Assembly (NCBI GenBank): GCA_036172245.1
Contig: JAYWIR010000007.1
Coordinates: 5,332,001 to 5,396,000 of the forward strand
Source: Raillietiella orientalis
Lineage: Eukaryota
Direction: 5' to 3'
Length of the DNA stretch: 64,000 nt
Under the pieces are notes generated by a model that searched no databases, was not told the origin of the DNA, and saw only the letters and a list, made by a program, of their open reading frames with translations. A program made the translations under genes and the position numbers. Shown here piece after piece: positions 35,687-48,357 of this stretch. How positions within the stretch are numbered: position 1 is the stretch's first letter; each line of letters opens with the position of its first letter.

Positions 35687-37357
35687 CGATGATTTACATT
35701 CCAATCTTTTATTCTAACGGCATCCCCTTCCGCTTTAATTCTGTGCATGCGAATGTGTTGCTGGAATACTGGGGCCGGGTGCATCCCGCCGCCTTACTCG
35801 GAGGACTACACGGTTTAGGGCGGAGCCGTGACCAGACCACGGCTCGCAGGATCGATGAGTTCACAGTGCCTCCTCTCGCGAAACCCTCTCGTAGCCGTCG
35901 GGGAGGATACCGCTGTAGCCCTGGAAGTTTCGCATCTTCTCGCAGAGGGTGTGGTCGAACATGCCTTGGAATTCCTCTTTGGTCATACACATCCCCGAGG
36001 AGGCCGGCGAATAGCCAGAAAGCTGGTTCTCGAGGTAGTGGATGGTGGCACGCCGGTCGCCAGTGAGTTCCGTTATGGAGTACACCTTTACGTTGACGTA
36101 TATCTTAGGAGAGTTTCGGATGCGCAGCATCCCCTTTATGGAAGTCAGCATCGGAGGGTTGAGAAACGCTATGTGGTCTTTGAGTACGTGTTGCACTTCA
36201 ACAAGTAAGTTCATGAGGTGCTCCATGTGGATGAGGAAATCCCGGGCGAGGTGGCATTTGCGCTGCAAGAAGCGGTGGGGCGTGACGAAGCGTCCCAAAA
36301 GGGAGAAGGCGTGCCGGAACACACGGCGCAGCAGCAGGTGCAGCAAACTGTAGCCTGGGAACGGCGACCTGCACTTCAGCAGCCTTAGCGTAAGCCAAGT
36401 GTTCCGGCAGTGCTAATTGGGGTACGGGACATACGCACTCCTCTCCTCATGGCTGGGGCAGTTGATGACGTGGGGATAGATGAAGACCCCTTATTCGACG
36501 ACCCTCGTTCCGAGGTCCGTCGTTGAAGGAGGGGTCGGCTCGGTGGTCTCGTCTGCGACGGGGAAGAAATCCCCCGTCACTAGGACCTGCGAAACTCATT
36601 TCTCCCCGCAAACCAGCAGACATTCCAGCAAATCGGCAGCGGCGGCGTCCCTGCTGCCCGACACCGCAGCCCAGAGCTCTTCGACCAGATCTGCAAGAGA
36701 AGACATCAACTTGTATGCGGGTCGCAGGTATTTGTTTCCCTCAGCTCCACAGCCGTATGAAATCCCATGGAGTCGTAGGAGAGGGGATGCAGTGGTACAG
36801 GTTGGACAGCTGGCTCTCAGTGGAAAGCATGAGGTTTGCATCAAGGAAATAGAATTGGTAAGAAACGCATATGTTATGGAACACACCAAAGAAGAGCTTC
36901 CCTGAGGGTAGCCCAGAACCACTTCGCCAATAGTAAAATCAAGGCAATCGGGAACAACGGGCAATGTCCGGCCATACGCTTGTAGATGTTCCAGAATCTC
37001 CTTAATCAGCACTTGTGATTCCACTCGGATCGTTCTTTTGTTAAAATCTGTTTGCAGCACAGAATTAAGATTCAGAAATATTTTAAAGTGCCTCGAAGGC
37101 ATTCGTGCCGAAAAGAGCTGTTCGTGTAAAAGTTTTCCAACAGCTAACTGGCTGTCTGCTGCAATTTTCCTACATCGTTTTAACTGGCGAACAATTTGAT
37201 CAATTTTTCTTTAATAGCTTACTGATGAACAAGGGAATCCACACCTCAAAATTTTGATTGGCAAAACTGCCAATAAGCGTGCAATCACAATTCAAGTTCT
37301 TTAAATGAATAAATGCCCCGGCATATCCGGGTGACAAACGCCAGAAAGAAAAAAAAT
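35687..37357 (+). mobile_element. 1,671-bp insertion ending in a LINE-like 3' terminus and A-rich tail; candidate non-autonomous or chimeric retroelement
   Basis: Empty site in copy A is gtacgtgcAT tgagccatat (13,501-13,520). Filled site is gtacgtgcAT[cgatg...gaaagaaaaaaa]AT tgagtcatat. Its 3' end, aataaatgccccggcatatccgggtgacaaacgcca (37,308-37,343), matches 50,314-50,348. Confidence 0.75.
35861..37210 (-). pseudogene. ~449-codon single reading frame with three internal stops; family unrecognised
   Basis: ORF-track pieces 36,596-37,102 and 35,861-36,346 are in the same frame, separated only by TGA (36,596), TAA (36,491) and TAG (36,413); no frameshift. Confidence 0.55.
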
Positions 37358-40300
37358 TGAGTCATATTTCTGTTCATAGGTGACTCCAAACCTACATGAA
37401 TAGGACGAGAGATTGATAAATGAATGCATGTAGATATGGATAGAAATATACATTAATATCAATTGGCAGTCGTGAATACAGATGTATACAGTTGTACGAG
37501 CATCAGTAAGCATTGGCCTACAAGTTCCATCATCATGTGCGTGACACCCCTAACCGAAGAGTGTTCGGGAAGGCAACTCCCCGTGTCTGCGATGAGAGCA
37601 TTGGAATGCCAGACCGGAAACACCTTTCCCAATGTTCACAGCGGGAGACGGGGCGGGAACGTGGAGGTGGGCACACACACACAGGGAAGGGACCACGAGT
37701 TCTTCTCCGGAGCAGACCTCCATCTGGAACGCTTTCCTGGCCACCCACCTCCGATCTTCATTTCTTCCTTGCCCGCTCCCTCATTCGAAGAAGATTCGGG
37801 CGAAAAGTCCTGTGGAGGCTTCCAGGTGCCCAATTCGTTCAAAACACTTGGTGGAACCGCGTCGGGATGCTGCTTTGAGCACCCTCACGATTTCAAGGTG
37901 CAGTTTGGGAAGTGTGCGGAGCCACGGACATGCCCACGGTGTGCACCTGCGTGACTCATTGTGCGGGGCACTGCAAACAGTCGTGCAGTCGGTCTCTGCG
38001 ACGGGGCGAGCTTTCCCGTGGCTGCGGGAACACCGTCTTCGTGCGGAAGCGCACACGCGGTACGACAGGATGCGGATGTTGCCCCAAGGCGCCCAGCGAA
38101 CCAGCAGACCGAAGGCGACACGTGCGAGGCAACAGGCAGGCGGATCCCCTGCTGGAATCCACCGGAAGCGAACGCGGAAGCCAAGCGCTGAGCTCACCGC
38201 GCGCGGTGGTTCACGAGACAGGGACCAAGGTGCGGGCAGGAAGACGTGCGGTGACATGGCGGCACCCACGGCAGCGCTCGCCGTGCCCAGGGTGGCGGAC
38301 GTTCCTTTCGACCGGACGTCGATTGCGACGTGGCGAGGGAGCGACCGCAGCAGGCGCGGCAGCAACCAGCTGTCGATGCCCGCCAGCCCGTCGAGACGCC
38401 TGCCGACGGACCGACTGAAAGACAGTTGGACGCTGCCCGACGTCAACAACCGCTCTTCCCCGTGCGGTCGTGTTCGCGAGTGTCCCGGTGGCAGGGCGAA
38501 AAGGGTTGAAAGCTTGCAATGCACCGCTTGCAGTTCATGCAGTTCGTAAGAGAGGGTTTCCGCTGCAGGGGTGATGCGGACGGAGGGGCAGTGTCCAGCG
38601 TGAGTGCTTGCTGCAAGCGAGCACGCAGGCGCGCAACGTTCCTGGTCGCAACCGTCCGAGAAGTGCAGCCGTGGAGCAGCAGGAGTTCCTCGAAACAACG
38701 TGCTCTTCCCTATTTGGAGCCATGGATTCCTTCTCTTCTTCCCTGTTTTCTTTCTGTCTCTCACCAGCAACGCGCGCTCAGCGTCTCACTTCACGCATCC
38801 GACCGCGTTCACGGAAATTTCAGCCTGTTTTCAGCTTTTCACCGTTACCAAGGCAACAATCGGGCGTGGTAAGGAAAAGAAAAAAAACTCTTCATGGCAG
38901 GAAAGATGTTTCGGAGATGCGCCTTTGCAAAAGCAGGAGTTGTGGTGTGCGCGTTGGGAGCGGCGGCGGCCGCATACTGCTACCGCAAGGAGGTGAGTGG
39001 CCATCCTTCTGTCTCCTTTTCCTCTTTCTTTCCTCCCCTGTTTCTTTCAGATCTTGGGCGCGGTCCAGCAGCTCTTGAAACCCGATAGGAAAGAGGAAGA
39101 ATCCAAAGAGCGGATGCTGGAAGACAGCCTGCAGCGTGCACTGTCGGGGGGCGATGCACGCTGCCGGGAAGGAGCCGGCCATGCTATGAGCTGTTGCCCG
39201 GGGGAGGAAGAGGAACCTCCCCTGGTGGTAGTTTGGGTGAGTTTCGGGTACACGCGCCACTCACCCGCTGCCCGTATTCCAGGAGTCGCGCGCCTGGAAG
39301 GAGCTCACGCAGAACCAGCCTCCAAAATAGGCGCGCTGTTGGGCACCTGGGGGGTAGGTGTCCAACTCCAAAATAAACAGGGTTGCACTGGAGCGTTCAC
39401 CTGCTTGTTTTTCGGGGTAGCCGGGAAGAGGGAGGGGTGGTGTTGAAGCGGATGGCGCAAGAGAGACGGCGGCAGCGCCCAAGTTACAAGGAAAGAAGTA
39501 GCGTTGTGCGGGAAAGGGGAACGGAGAACTGCCCAAGTGATCAGCCCAGGAGCGGCAGGCCGTCGCAGAGGCGCTTCAAAACGAAGCTCTGCACATCCGG
39601 ACCGGGATCTCGGAGCAGGAGCATTCTTTGCCCCGTCTGCAGCAGCTGGAGGGCGGAACCAGGGAAGGCTTTGGCGCAGAAAAGAGAGTGAGAGAGATAA
39701 GCCGCAAGTCTGGCGTCCGACTTTCGACCGCCCCGCGCTCGGGTGATGACCGAGCGAATAAGAAAGCCAGGCTGCACCGCGCAGGGCAGACAGGGCTGGC
39801 GACACCCCTGGTGCGGTGCTCCTGCGGAAGCGCGCGGCCTCCGCAAAGAGTCGAGGCGACCCGTGAAGCGGTCCGGTCGGGCACTGGGGAGGAGGCCGCC
39901 GACCCCTGCCTGCCTTCAGTTGGAGACGTCGGCAGGGCCTCGCGCGCAGACCTGGCCACCGAGCCCGATGGTCGCTTGTGGGAAAGAGGCGCAAGGAAAG
40001 AGAGTGCAGCGGATGCAAGCGGTTCGCAAACGTCGGGCGCGGGTGGGGTGTAGCAGTCGAAGAAACCGCTCGCCCGAACTCCGACGAGCTTTCGATTCGT
40101 AGCATGACGGTCGTGAGGGAAGGAACGCCCCCCGAATCCACATTCTTCCTTTAGGGCTTTACTCATGAGCTTGAGCTTCTTATCTTTGCTCCCTGGCTTG
40201 CGTTCTTGATCACTTGCTTTCCTTTTTTCTTTGCTTTTGTTTTTCCTTCGGGACACTTGTTTGCGCTGATCTCTGGTTCTCGCTTACCATTCATGTCCGG

Positions 40301-40829
40301 AGGCAATGATCATTCACGTGAACACGGAACCGTGCTTACTTCGCTTCCGCACGATCGGTCTGTAGCTGTACACTCACGTGTGTATTATCCCGTGAATTCT
40401 GCTATACAATGGATATTCACATGATATGGAGTATGGAAGAGGTACTTTCGTCGAATGTATTCCTAAAAAACGTACGTTTGCGTTACCCTCCTCATATGAG
40501 CATCTCATAATGATACGCGTTTGCTGCGTTTGCCATTCAAATCACACTTCTTGCTGAGCTGTGAGCGTAGCGATTCGATGGCCATGGAAATGGATGCGAT
40601 CAAGTAATGAGGAAATTGCTTACATGCAATTCATCAATTCTGTGTGAGTTAGATGAGACCATTGAGTAGATGGACCTTTCGCGTAGAGTGCGTCGTCGAC
40701 GTCAGCGTAGTGTAGAAAGAAAGCAATTGGGTATGGCTGCCGCTTTCTAATGTTTTGGCGCGTTCTTCCCCAGAAGTAGGAGTGGAAGCCGGAGGGCGAA
40801 TTCTGCAAGGAGGAGTATCCGTGCTGGGC

Positions 40830-42136
40830 ACCGCGGGGTGTGTGTGCCCGGAAACTCTTTCGATATGAGCTCCCTTTGCAGCAAGGCTCCCATCGGTTCT
40901 ATTCTTTGTGATTTTAGTGGCCACGGTTCTCGGCCTTTTGGCTAAGATCAAAGTGCAGTTGCTACGCGTGCAGCTGCCGGACGATGCAGAGCGACACCCT
41001 GCAGTATGCAGGCGTCCGGCAGCAGAGTCTGCGTATCCGCGGACTTCCGAGTGCTGTCGATGATTGGTCTTCAGTGGAGCATGTGGTGGATCGACTTGTG
41101 GCTCGCTTGTAGCCACAGATTACTTGGATTTTCTGGGATTCCTGTTGATTTCTTGGTCAGTCCTTCAAGCGCCGGTGGACTGGATGGGGTTCTTTAGGCA
41201 GTTCAAATCACCCTCGTCGCTGCACGCTGTCCTCGAGTGGTGGTGGCGTGGATGCTGCGGTGCCCTTGCGCATCGCTCGTTCCTTTTGTGAGGACCGCGA
41301 CATTCGAAACCCCACGATCGGGCTGGGCGACGGAGAGCACGGTTTCGCTCTTCACGACGTTCGCCTTCGCCTTCGTCATCCTTTGTGCCGTGGTGATTGA
41401 CAGCTGGGCGTCCACTCGTCGCCAGTCTTCCAATAGGAATCTGTGGCCCCTATCTTGGGTTCCTTGATGGGGACACAATATGTTGATGGTCCTATGGATG
41501 CATCCCCTTTCTTTGCTTGGTCTCGCAATCCATTGATTTTTGAGGCAGCAAATTTTACATGCCTGCCACGGAGGAGGTCGTTGGGATTTTCCTGGAGGCC
41601 CTGGACTCCTGCCGGTGTGAAGACGTTTGCAGCGGGGCGTTCTTCTTCGCTTTTACTTCCCAGTTGTCCGTGCCATCTGTGACGGGACTGCCTCGGTTTT
41701 CGGTCCCGTTGGACACCTCTTTGCGGAAGCAGGGGTGTAGACCTTGTCTCACTGCTTGCGTTCTTTACGTCCGGAGTGTTGGACAAACACAAGCGAGTCT
41801 AACCTCTTTGTGTTGGTGCTTCACCTGCAAACGATGTTGCTGGCAGAGTACTCACTGGAGGTTGACTGCCCGTACGGAACCGAGTTGGCGCTGCATGTTC
41901 TCACGTTTACTCACTGCTTGCAGCGGTCGCACTTCGTTGCTTCCACCTGTCGTTCGTATTCTTTCACTCTTACGAGTTTCTTACTAAGCACGGCCAACTC
42001 TGACTGCGCTTCGTGTCTTCGTTCTTGCTCTATGCTTCCAGGAATTTGGCTGCTGTGGAGGAGGTCTTCTCTGGCAGCACGTTGTTCTTCCTTTTGCTGC
42101 ATCGTCTCCGCGACGGTAGGAGACGTCGAGATCTTT
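40830..42136 (-). pseudogene. Degenerate LINE relic (possible ORF1 end / APE start), copy B
   Basis: HVKFAASKINGLRDQAKK (~41,560-41,510) and GDLNC (~41,213-41,199); duplicate of the relic at ~17-18.3 kb. Confidence 0.55.
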
Positions 42137-44313
42137 TAGCAGTCGGCACCGGTTCCACAACGCGCAATAACCTTCAACAGACGCGAACGTTCCGTCAGTT
42201 GGAGATAACTGAGCAAAGATCGCCAAACAGGGATCCATGTACTGTTATTGTTAGTGTGCAGGTTCCGTGGGAATGCAACCCGTCAGATTCTTCGTGTCCA
42301 CAGTGGAGAAACCGCCAGCGTGTGTACACGCCAATTTGCACAGCTGAACGTAGGTGTGGAAGTAAATGACCTTATCTACTGTAAAGCATTATGAATCTCT
42401 TGATTTGCAAAAGTGCATGTGAGCATCAGACTTGTGTTGTTAGTTATATCGACTTCGATAACCAAACGATCAAGTTCTCGATCTAACTTGGTATATGTTA
42501 ATTGGCGTTTATTCGCAATCAAACGCAAGTATGTCGACTTGCACGAATCGATATATGTAGAAGTATTTAGGTAGGAGGTAGAAGGTATAGGTAGAAGAAG
42601 GAGAAAGAAACTTGTTATCAATGGTGAAGGGGGGGCGTGAGCACTGCGTGTCAGTGTTCCGTGATATCACACGGCCGATCGACAACAACCTTCCCCTCAC
42701 ATAGACATCAGCGTGTTGTGGTCTCAAAGAACGTATACGATTCGGGTGTAGCGTTGTGCCCACAGTGCGAATGAAGTCTCCATAAATGCCTTTTCTCTCC
42801 AGGAAGAAAGACAGACAGAGATTGCCTCAGCTGCTGCGGGTCATCTCGAGTGATTCCTGCCGTGAGATAAGACGATTGACGTGCACTGTTACTCCACGCC
42901 GGGGTTGTACGCCAGTCAGGACACGAAAGCACGCAGGAACCGGACGATCATAGCGAAGACCATTTAGGTCAACCCTTTTTCACGAGGCTTAGTTCCCTCC
43001 AAAACGGCCAAGATGATGCTACGGGATCTGCGATACCGAATCGCCTCGATGCTCGTTCTCGAAGGAGGCGATCTACCGTGAGGAAATGGAGCGCGGAAGT
43101 GTGCTCCCCAATCTCGTTCTTTATCCTATGAGAACCTGCTGACAACCTGTTGCCCGTTTGTTCCATCACGAAGGAAAGCGCTGACGGAGATGGTGACGAT
43201 CCTTGCAGAACTGCACGAAAAAGAAGAACAAAGGTTTCGGAGAAAAACGAACCGAAATTCGGAGAAATCCAAGAAGAAAACGGATGGTGCGAGAGGATTT
43301 GATTCGGTGAGAGTATGAAAGGCATCACATAACCGTGCACAAGACGTCCCCTCTAGAAAGCACATTACCATTGAATATTCAAGGAGAACGTTGGAGGCAT
43401 CTGCGGGTACGTGGAGACAACTTGGGAGAACCAATTTTCCTCTTTCTGAGAACTGCTGAGTAACGAAGGTGACACTCCAAGGATTCCCTGGGAGGATGAC
43501 CCCCATAAACGACTCTCATGTAGCGGAAGTAAAGCAAATTTCTGGTTGACCACAGTCAGCTCTCCGATCTGGAAATAAACAACGGCCAGTGCGATGTGCA
43601 GTCCACCCTCCTTCCGCTTCCGCAAGACTCGAAGGATTGGCACGGCCGCAAGGCGTACCGAAGGCGCGTGGCGAAATGCGGAGCTGCTGGGAACGGCGGC
43701 CTTTGCGTACGGGGCGTGGCGCACGAGCGAAATCTGCGCGAGCGAGTGACCGCCTCGATCACCGTTGCTCCGCAGAAGTTGGCGGATAGCTTAGTGCCGC
43801 CTGGCCACACTTCCCCACAGATCCAATATGGCCACCCGACCACAATTCCCGACGGATCGAACATTCCTTTCGCGGCGCCTGCGGAGGGCGCCGACAAATC
43901 GACTCCCTACGCGACTTCGTTTCCCGAGTCCATCAATCCTTATATCCCTGAGAGCGCCGTGTATCCCAAGGGTCAAACTCACACGAAAATGATCTCTTCC
44001 CTGTTTTAGAAGGTGATCCTGTGCAGCCTTTCCAATGGTGCCGGACTTTTCCACGCGTGGAGAAGTGTGGACATAGTGGTTTCAGTATCTTTCAAGGAAC
44101 ATAGAAAAAGCGACACATTGGGAATACATACACGTGTCGCGGGAATGGAGGTTTCCTTTCCTTTTTCGGAACTAATCCAAGGTGTAAAATTTTTGGGTAC
44201 TCCGTCAAGTGTAATGAATGTCGCTATCTCTCGTATTCCCATTCGTATACGCACGGAATGAACATGTCAAGAAAATTAGCATAAAGATTTCCATTGAACA
44301 TTTGTTTTTTTAG

Positions 44314-44584
44314 AAGTGCGCTACTTCAGTTCCTGTTCAGGAATAACAGCTCAAGGATTCCCAACGCCGCACAAGAGGAGATTCTCTCTTGGATGCAAGC
44401 AGCGATGAGGCTGCTTGACTACTTTCTTATCGATGTCGTTATGAAACCTTCAACCTACGATGTTGACGGTAGAGAGAGGAAGGAGTCGATCCGCAGGTTG
44501 GCTGAGCAAATCGTGCGCGCGGGGGACACGGTCCTCGCCAGATTCCCCCCGAAATGGTGCCTCAATCCCTCTTCAGTCCTCTGA
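44314..44584 (+). CDS. Candidate terminal exon with a BAG-domain-like helical segment
   Basis: Strong acceptor tttgttttttTAG ending at 44,313. MRLLDYFLIDVVMKPSTYDVDGRERKESIRRLAEQIV resembles BAG helices 2-3 (L...llkLD.v...G...RK..vr.i). Confidence 0.3.
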
Positions 44585-47500
44585 ACACCTGGTAGCCGTA
44601 AGAAACATACAGCCGCAAAGTGAGCGCATTTGCTCGCTCAAACTGAAAGGAGCGTATCCGTGGAAAGCTGTATGTTGTAGTGAACTGCAGTCAAAGTGAA
44701 GACCTTGGTGTAGCGGGCATTCGAAAATGGAGGAGTCCCACGAGTGAACCCATGTGCTGCTGGTAAACAAACCCGACAGGAAGAGCGCCCTTTAGAAAAA
44801 AGGGAGTGGCAGGCTTGCGGCGCTAACGACCAGAAATGCAATGCGCTTGCTCGCATCAGTTTCAGCAGCAGGCACGTCAATTGTGTGCCGATGGAGCGAG
44901 ACAGGAGGCAGGAGACAGAGTCGGCCCTTGCCCGCTCTGAAAAAGCTTCTTGGAACTGGTGCTAAGGTTGCAGCCGAAGAGCTGGCGCTGAAAGAAACGC
45001 TCAGCTGCTCCTGGCGCTATCCGTGCCAGTCACAGTGGCATAGATGGTGAAGCCGTCCGAGTTCCGTCGAGGTGGGGTCATGAGGGTGAAACCGGCTAAG
45101 TCGTCCGTGTTATCAGTGGCGCGGTTCGTGGTGGACGGCCGGACTGAATCGTCTTAGAGATCTTTCCGGCCAGGTCCTTGAAGAATCTTGAGGTTCGGTT
45201 CGGGTACATCTGCCCTACAGGTGCATGGCCGGGCTTTGTACGGAAGGCAGAGTCGGTACTCCATTGCTTCCGGGAACGCAAGTCTTCTAGTCTGCTCGGG
45301 CCACGATTGGGAACAATTTTGCGGCCAGCGTTCGTCGTCGCATGGGTATCGCTGCTTCCACCATTAGTAGAGAAACAAAATGGACTGAGGTTTCTGGACA
45401 AGAATTCGCGTGGAGCACTGAGAGGTTCACGATCTTGCAGCAAAGGTGTTTTGTGCTACGTGTTTAGACAATGGAGTTTGGCTGCTGATGCTGGCACTAA
45501 TGAAGGTTCGGTTTTAATTCTAAAGATTATCGTTGGCTGCCCAGAGTTCCGCGACGCAGACGGCATGCTGACGTTTCCACTCTCTTGGAAGGATAATAGC
45601 ATGAAAGGACTAACGGCGCTTCCTTTGGATAGTTTTCGTAGCCTTGCCGTTCATGTCTTTCGTCACTGTAAAGGCATCTCCCAGGCAAGAAAGGTCTGCA
45701 GTTGCCCTTGAAATACGTACGCTTGGCTGCAAGAACTGCTCAAACGTAAGTACAGATCACCAGCTAAACGCTAATGTGAGTTTCCGCCTATTAAAAGGCA
45801 ACAAGGGAAGTAGGAAGAAGTGAAGGGCAGAAAATTCGAAAATTTGGCGTGCTTATCAGACGCCTTCTAAGCCGCCAACATGTCGTTCCCTTTGGACATC
45901 GTTGCTAAAAGCTCATTTGGGATATCGAACGTTTGCTGCAACATCCACAGTAGCTATGGTTCTCTTGTAGGCTTGTGTGCTCCTCAGTTTGCTGAAACAA
46001 CCTACAATGGTCCCATACGACATGTACGCGGAGATGGTCTCTTAGGCAACTCAGAGGAAGAGCGCGGAAAAGTCCCAGTAATGACGAACAACTCTTGTCT
46101 CCTCTTGCTGCTGCAACGTTGAAGACTTTTGTTGTACAAACGCTGCTACAACTAAATGAGGGGAGGGCCATTGGCATCTGCAGCAGCTCTAAAGAGACAG
46201 AGATCCTTGCCTATCTGTCATTTAAATCTGTTGCCCTCTTGTCACTCTAGAAACGCTTTTTAGCGTACGTAATTACCGCGTTGTGGAACCCACTGAACAT
46301 TCTAAGGAACTCTTTGTGCAGGATTTTAAGTCGTCGACTGTCCGCAGTCGCTGCTCCACATTGCCCAAAGAAGAGGAAGAAGATGACCCACGTCAAGGGC
46401 TTTGCTGTCTACCTGCCTTCTTTTTTTCATTGCTATATCATAGAACACTTTTTGTTTTGTTCCCCCTCCGTTCCACAGAGCTTTTGAAAACCTCCCCTGT
46501 GTTTCGCTTACTTCCGTGGACTTTGTGGTTCAACAGACTCCCGAAAGTTCAATTTGCGGCTAACAACCCACCACAGTTGTACCACGCAAACAATTCAACA
46601 CCAGCGCATCAGCAGACAGGGTGGTTTCAACTAGCAATAATCACGGCTCAGTCGCCTTCCTCGCCTATGATAATGCCCGTGCGCAAGACAGGGTGGTCGG
46701 ACGCGTACTCACGCGATTCTCATGTAGAAGACGTGCTGACGATATGAGCGGTCTCCCGCTCGGCCCTGCCACTGGTCCACTGCCATCTGCTGTTCGGCTG
46801 GAACCGGAATGGCCGGGGTGCTCCAATGAAGCCGTCTAGCGCGCAGCATTCTTCCCGCACTTTTCGGAGATGCTGGTGGTTCTAAGATGACCACAAAAAT
46901 GGGAGGAATTCGGTGAATCTCCCTTCGCGAACGCTTCAACCGCCATATGGCATGTTTTCCGGGACAGCTTTCGGAATGAACCTACAGGAACTAGTTTGCA
47001 ACTGATTGCGCATGCGCCTGCAGCTCTTTTTCTTCACTAGGGGAGACAGGAGGAACGTCTGATTTGAGTTAAGGGGAGCGGGATACTTTGAGGAGATTTT
47101 CGAGCGGAGTACGGAGCAGTGCTGGGAAGGAACACGAGGATGGGAGCAGAAGTGGCGAACGACCATTTTCGGGAAAGCAGCAGAGGACGCCAGAAGGCGG
47201 CAGAGAGGGTGTTGGCTTTCTTTGTACTTCCGACCGTGGGCATTCTGCCTGCGAAGGTGTCGGGGAGAGGGTAAATGTAATCGGCGAATGGCACGGAGAT
47301 GGCATAGAGAAGCAGGAAACCTCATATCTGGACGCGTCCTTCCGAGTCCGAACTGCAGCCCTTGGACTGAGCATCGGACAATCTCGTGCTCTCAGAAAGA
47401 AAAGCGCACCGTTTTCTGCGTTCCTTCCAGGTAGGTGGGAAAAGCTGTTGGGTGGGCAGGCGATTCGTGGAACGCGGCCGACGCGACCTGCTGCGTGCTC

Positions 47501-48357
47501 ATCGCGTATGGCCGTAAAACGCGAACGCTCAAAATGAGATTTCCGGCGGCAGTCGCGCATTCCTCTTTTTCGATCCAGTGCGCACTTCGTGACATTTTCA
47601 GGAAGTGAAAAGCGGCCCAGCCAGCAGTGTTTGGTTACTCACTTAGTGTACGGAAGAGAAGCAACTTGACATAATTCGTACTTACATCATGCTGACGAGC
47701 GAGCTACGAGCTGCTGAAGAGCCAACTGCAGGGGAGAAATCTTCACGCCGTGAAGTGACCGTCTTCTGCGTAGTGTGAATACCCATTCTTCGGTAGAAAG
47801 GCACGAGGTGAACGCAGTTGACATTGACCTTCGGTGGAGGGAATATTGCCCCATTGCCAAAGGATGCATCGCTTGGCTGGGCAGCAATTTTTCTTCCAAC
47901 CGTTGTCAGCGTGAACGAGGAAGTGAATCTATAAGCTTTGGCAGGTGTAATGATTCCACCTGGAGAAGTTCTCCGAGTTCCTCTTCTCGCGCCGAGAATT
48001 TGTAAGATTTAAAGAACGACAAGAATGTTCCCCCTGTGGTCTCTTGAACATCTTGCTTTGCACGGACTGGTCAGGAGAGTCAGTCGTTGCTGGTTATCTT
48101 CCCGAAACGGTGATGATTTCATTGGATACGACTTGCTGTGTCACCCTCGAAAACGAGGCAGTTTTATTTGTTGAGGGTGGTGGTTTCAAACGGCAGAAGG
48201 AGAATAGCAAGTGACGTCATTTCAGGCGCCACCATGTCGTGTTGGGCAGCACTCTTTCCTCTTTCTTCGCTCCAATCTTCACGCAATATGAGCTCGAATT
48301 GAGTTTTTCTGTTGCTATGGTAAAGCTGCACTGTCGAAGCCGTTTCAGAGCACAGTG

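Larger units (their letters stand above)
34044..42136 (+). repeat. Segmental duplication, copy B (interrupted by a 1,671-bp insertion)
   Basis: Colinear with 11,868-18,281 except for 35,687-37,357 and small indels. Confidence 0.95.

Noticed and set aside
36890..36915. GYPQGSSSLVCS resembling telomerase RT motif B'
   Set aside because: No motif A and no catalytic DD motif C at the expected spacing.
42376..42621. Minus-strand MLTCTFANQEIHNALQ resembling the LINE RT entry helix
   Set aside because: Single weak motif with no following KSPGxDG; not enough to call.
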